DNA from: Caldimicrobium sp.
Lineage (GTDB): Bacteria > Desulfobacterota > Thermodesulfobacteria > Thermodesulfobacteriales > Thermodesulfobacteriaceae
Assembly: GCA_009903935.1 (NCBI GenBank)
Contig: WYEG01000044.1
Location: 990-64,989, forward strand
Length of the DNA: 64,000 bases
Direction: 5' to 3'
Shown: positions 61,687 through 64,000 of the stretch, one piece after another
Layout: every line of letters begins with the position of its first letter
Position numbering within the stretch: the first letter of the stretch is position 1
Position numbers and translations under genes: made by a program
Notes under the pieces: generated by a model
Database searches by the model: none
The model's input: the letters and a program-made list of their open reading frames with translations, nothing else
What the model was told of the DNA's origin: nothing

Positions 61687-62724
61687 TCAATAACTCCGGA
61701 AGAGTTCTTTTAATCTCTGAGGAATTTGAGGAAGAGGTAAAATTTCATCGGCTAAGCCAGCCTCAACCACCGCTCTTGGCATTCCATAAACAACGGAAGT
61801 TTCCTTATCCTGAGCAATGATCCCTCCTCCCCGGGCTTTAATCTTTTTTGCCCCTTCAAGTCCGTCCCTTCCCATTCCAGTGAGAATAAGTCCTAAGGTT
61901 GTCCCTCCGTAAACGCCGGCTAAAGATTCAAAAAGAACATCAACCGCGGGTCTACAGTTGTTTCTTGGAGGTCCTTGGTGAAGCTTGATGTGCTTTTGTC
62001 TATTATCGAGGCTAACTTCCATATGATAGTCACCTGGTGCTATATAGACTACCCCTTCCTTTATGGGTTCCCCATCCTCTGCCTCCTTTACCTTAAGCTT
62101 TGAAACCCTATCAAGCCTTTCTGCAAGCTGGGCTGTAAAAAGAGGAGGCATATGCTGAACGATAAGGATAGGGACGGGGAAATTTGAGGGCAACTCCTTC
62201 AAAATCTCAGCTAAGGTCTGGGGTCCACCGGTAGAGACCCCAATTCCTAAAACCCTGTATAAACCAGGTCTTAAAGCCCGCATTGGGGCACATACCTTCG
62301 ACACAAGCGGGACATCATAGCCAACAAGGGCCTTGATCTTAGGAACCAATTCCTTCTCAATCTTCTGCACACTTTCCACAAAAGATTTAGATGAAGGCTT
62401 TGGAACAAAATCATGAGCACCAAGGGATAAAGCTTCTATAGTTGCCTTTGCTCCTTCTTGAGTCAAAGAAGAAAACATTATGATCTTTGAGTTTGGAGAT
62501 TCCTTCTTCAAATATCTTAAAGCTGTTAAACCATCCATCTTAGGCATCTCGATGTCAAGGGTAATGACATCGGGTCTTAATTCCTTAGCCTTTTCTATAG
62601 CTTGCACACCATCAGAGGCTTCACCTACAATCTCTATCACTTGGTCTTTTTTCAAGATCTCAGTTATAAGCTTTCGCATTATGGCTGAATCATCAACAAT
62701 AAGGACCCTAATCTTTTTATTCAC
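61687..62724 (-). CDS. cheB: Chemotaxis response regulator protein-glutamate methylesterase CheB
   Basis: REC domain (IRVLIVDDS, DIEMPKMDG) plus methylesterase (GVSTGGP, HMPP..FT, GMGRDG). The GTG at 62724 comes just after the cheY stop. Confidence 0.9.
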   Translation of the reverse strand: MNKKIRVLIVDDSAIMRKLITEILKKDQVIEIVGEASDGVQAIEKAKELRPDVITLDIEMPKMDGLTALRYLKKESPNSKIIMFSSLTQEGAKATIEALSLGAHDFVPKPSSKSFVESVQKIEKELVPKIKALVGYDVPLVSKVCAPMRALRPGLYRVLGIGVSTGGPQTLAEILKELPSNFPVPILIVQHMPPLFTAQLAERLDRVSKLKVKEAEDGEPIKEGVVYIAPGDYHMEVSLDNRQKHIKLHQGPPRNNCRPAVDVLFESLAGVYGGTTLGLILTGMGRDGLEGAKKIKARGGGIIAQDKETSVVYGMPRAVVEAGLADEILPLPQIPQRLKELFRSY

Positions 62725-62725
62725 T

Positions 62726-63103
62726 TTAAAACCCCTCAAAAAGATATCTGATCTTTGTTTCAAGCATCTCCTTGTCAAAGGGCTTCATAAGATATTCATT
62801 TGCCCCAGCCATGATGGCATCTATTACGCTTTTTTGCTGATTTTCGGTGGTAACCATCATCACCTTAATTTCTTGGTATTGAGGATTGGCTCGTAAAGTC
62901 TTAAGAAATTCATATCCGTTCATGACAGGCATGTGCCAATCTAAAAGAATTAGAGAGATGTCAGGATGCTCTTTTAGCACCTCAAGAGCTTCTTTTCCGT
63001 TTTCGGCTTCAAGCACTTCAAACCCAAGCTCTTCTAAATACTTCCTCTCAATCTGTCTAATTGCTTTAGAATCATCAACAACAAGCGCCTTCTTCATCAC
63101 CAA
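62726..63103 (-). CDS. cheY: Chemotaxis response regulator CheY
   Basis: 125-aa single REC domain (ALVVDDS, LLDWHMPVMNG, MVTTE, YLMKPF). Confidence 0.9.
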   Translation of the reverse strand: MVMKKALVVDDSKAIRQIERKYLEELGFEVLEAENGKEALEVLKEHPDISLILLDWHMPVMNGYEFLKTLRANPQYQEIKVMMVTTENQQKSVIDAIMAGANEYLMKPFDKEMLETKIRYLFEGF

Positions 63104-63669
63104 TCCCTCGGTTTGGCTAATATTTCTCTTACCTTTAGGTTAAAAAACATGTTCGAAGGCACGGCCTTAATGATTGCAACTGTGTCAGCACCCCGTGCCG
63201 TTCCAGCTACCGCAATAACATCCTCAGGTGGGATCAATCCTGCATCGCAAGCCATAAGCGTTATCTCCACACAAACCTTAAGCCCCTGCCCCAAAATCCT
63301 CAAAGTTTGAGCAATAAGAGCTTCCTCGGAATAATGGAAGTGGCTTCTTATGCTTGCTCCAACTCCGCGAAACACATGGGTCCCGGTGTAAACCTTTGCG
63401 CCAAGAGATTCAAGCTCCTTTCTTCTTTCAGGAGTTAGCTCATTCGTCCCGGGCTCTTTAAACCCATAGTTATGAGTAACGATAACCAAATTTACATTCG
63501 GGAACTCACGCAAAGCCTTAGCAAACTTTAGCCCCGTATCACCAAAGGTTGAGGCGACGACTACATGATTTATCCCCTCTTCACTTACAACCCTTTTTAC
63601 TACTTCAACGCAAGCCTCAGTGTTTACCGGGCCAGCCTTTTCAAAATAAATTACCTCTCTTTTAATCAT
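63097..63669 (-). CDS. Pyruvate kinase C-terminal (alpha/beta) domain-like protein
   Basis: 190 aa. VIYFEKAGPVNTE...HVVVASTFGDTG...IAVAGTARGADTVAI resembles the stand-alone PK_C-like family, from memory. Confidence 0.55.
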   Translation of the reverse strand: MIKREVIYFEKAGPVNTEACVEVVKRVVSEEGINHVVVASTFGDTGLKFAKALREFPNVNLVIVTHNYGFKEPGTNELTPERRKELESLGAKVYTGTHVFRGVGASIRSHFHYSEEALIAQTLRILGQGLKVCVEITLMACDAGLIPPEDVIAVAGTARGADTVAIIKAVPSNMFFNLKVREILAKPRDW

Positions 63670-63671
63670 AC

Positions 63672-64000
63672 CTAACCTCTACTCTCTAACAAATAGCCCG
63701 GTTCTAATGGTTTATGCTGAAGAAAAATATTAACGATACCCTTTCTTATTGACAAGGCTTCTTTTAACTCCTCTAAATAATCCTTAGCAAAATCAAGGCT
63801 CTCTTTGCTTGCAAAATCAATACTTATCTGAAGATTTTTTTCCTTCAAATAAAAACTCGCTTCTAAGAGACCTAAATAGGGGAAAAACATCCGTATGACA
63901 AAAAGCTTAGTTTTGCCCTCCTTTTCTTCAGGGGCTTCAAACTCAAAGTATCCCCACCCATTCCCTTCGGGGAAAACGACGGGGAGTAAAAGTTTATTCT
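63672..64000 (-). CDS. Partial CDS (5' end outside window), FliK C-terminal (Flg_hook)-like domain
   Basis: The frame stays open to the window edge. LGLLEASFYLKEKNLQISIDFASKESLDFAKDYLEELKEAL resembles the hook-length-control C-terminal domain pattern. Confidence 0.35.
   Translation of the reverse strand, partial: NKLLLPVVFPEGNGWGYFEFEAPEEKEGKTKLFVIRMFFPYLGLLEASFYLKEKNLQISIDFASKESLDFAKDYLEELKEALSIRKGIVNIFLQHKPLEPGYLLESRG

Overview
This 64-kb window is almost fully coding, with about 70 genes, mostly on the minus strand and often with overlapping stops and starts. It looks like core chromosome of an anaerobic, probably thermophilic, sulfate/sulfite-reducing bacterium; the Thermodesulfobacteria-like assignment is inferred from gene content only. 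Gene order along the window:
- dsrMKJOP membrane complex, pyrF, xseAB-ispA-dxs, relA/spoT, rpmB
- bamA-lolDC-lysS-xerC, a hybrid histidine kinase, an MFS transporter, a cold-shock protein, a tandem Usp protein and an antiporter
- gmk-remA, pssA-psd, a RACo-like corrinoid activase with ahcY-metK, yedF, purD, bioY
- lptFG, a ZIP transporter, dtd, cmk, copZ, nusB
- lptA-lptB-rpoN-hpf-rapZ-rimI
- a chemotaxis operon: cheY-cheB-cheR-cheA-(dnaJ-like)-cheW

I saw no rRNA, tRNA, CRISPR array, transposase or prophage genes.

The most unusual locus is a translationally coupled trio at 43105-49480. A canonical gapA is followed by a 1368-aa protein, then by a long divergent GAPDH paralog. The 1368-aa protein has an unrecognisable, AT-rich, helical N-terminus of about 850 aa fused to a PPDK-type ATP-grasp and a phosphohistidine swivel domain, and it lacks the PEP/pyruvate-binding domain.

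Other points worth a second look:
- a 95-bp insertion flanked by a perfect 17-bp direct repeat, splitting the lptA-lptB junction
- DnaJ-like and pyruvate-kinase-C-terminal-like genes inside the che operon
- a stand-alone MetE-catalytic-domain-like gene, and a RACo-like gene next to the methyl-cycle genes
- a long metK leader with no S-box motifs that I can see
- an MFS gene whose conserved N-terminus lies upstream of any canonical start codon

All calls rest on reading the translated ORFs and the DNA by eye; no searches were run.
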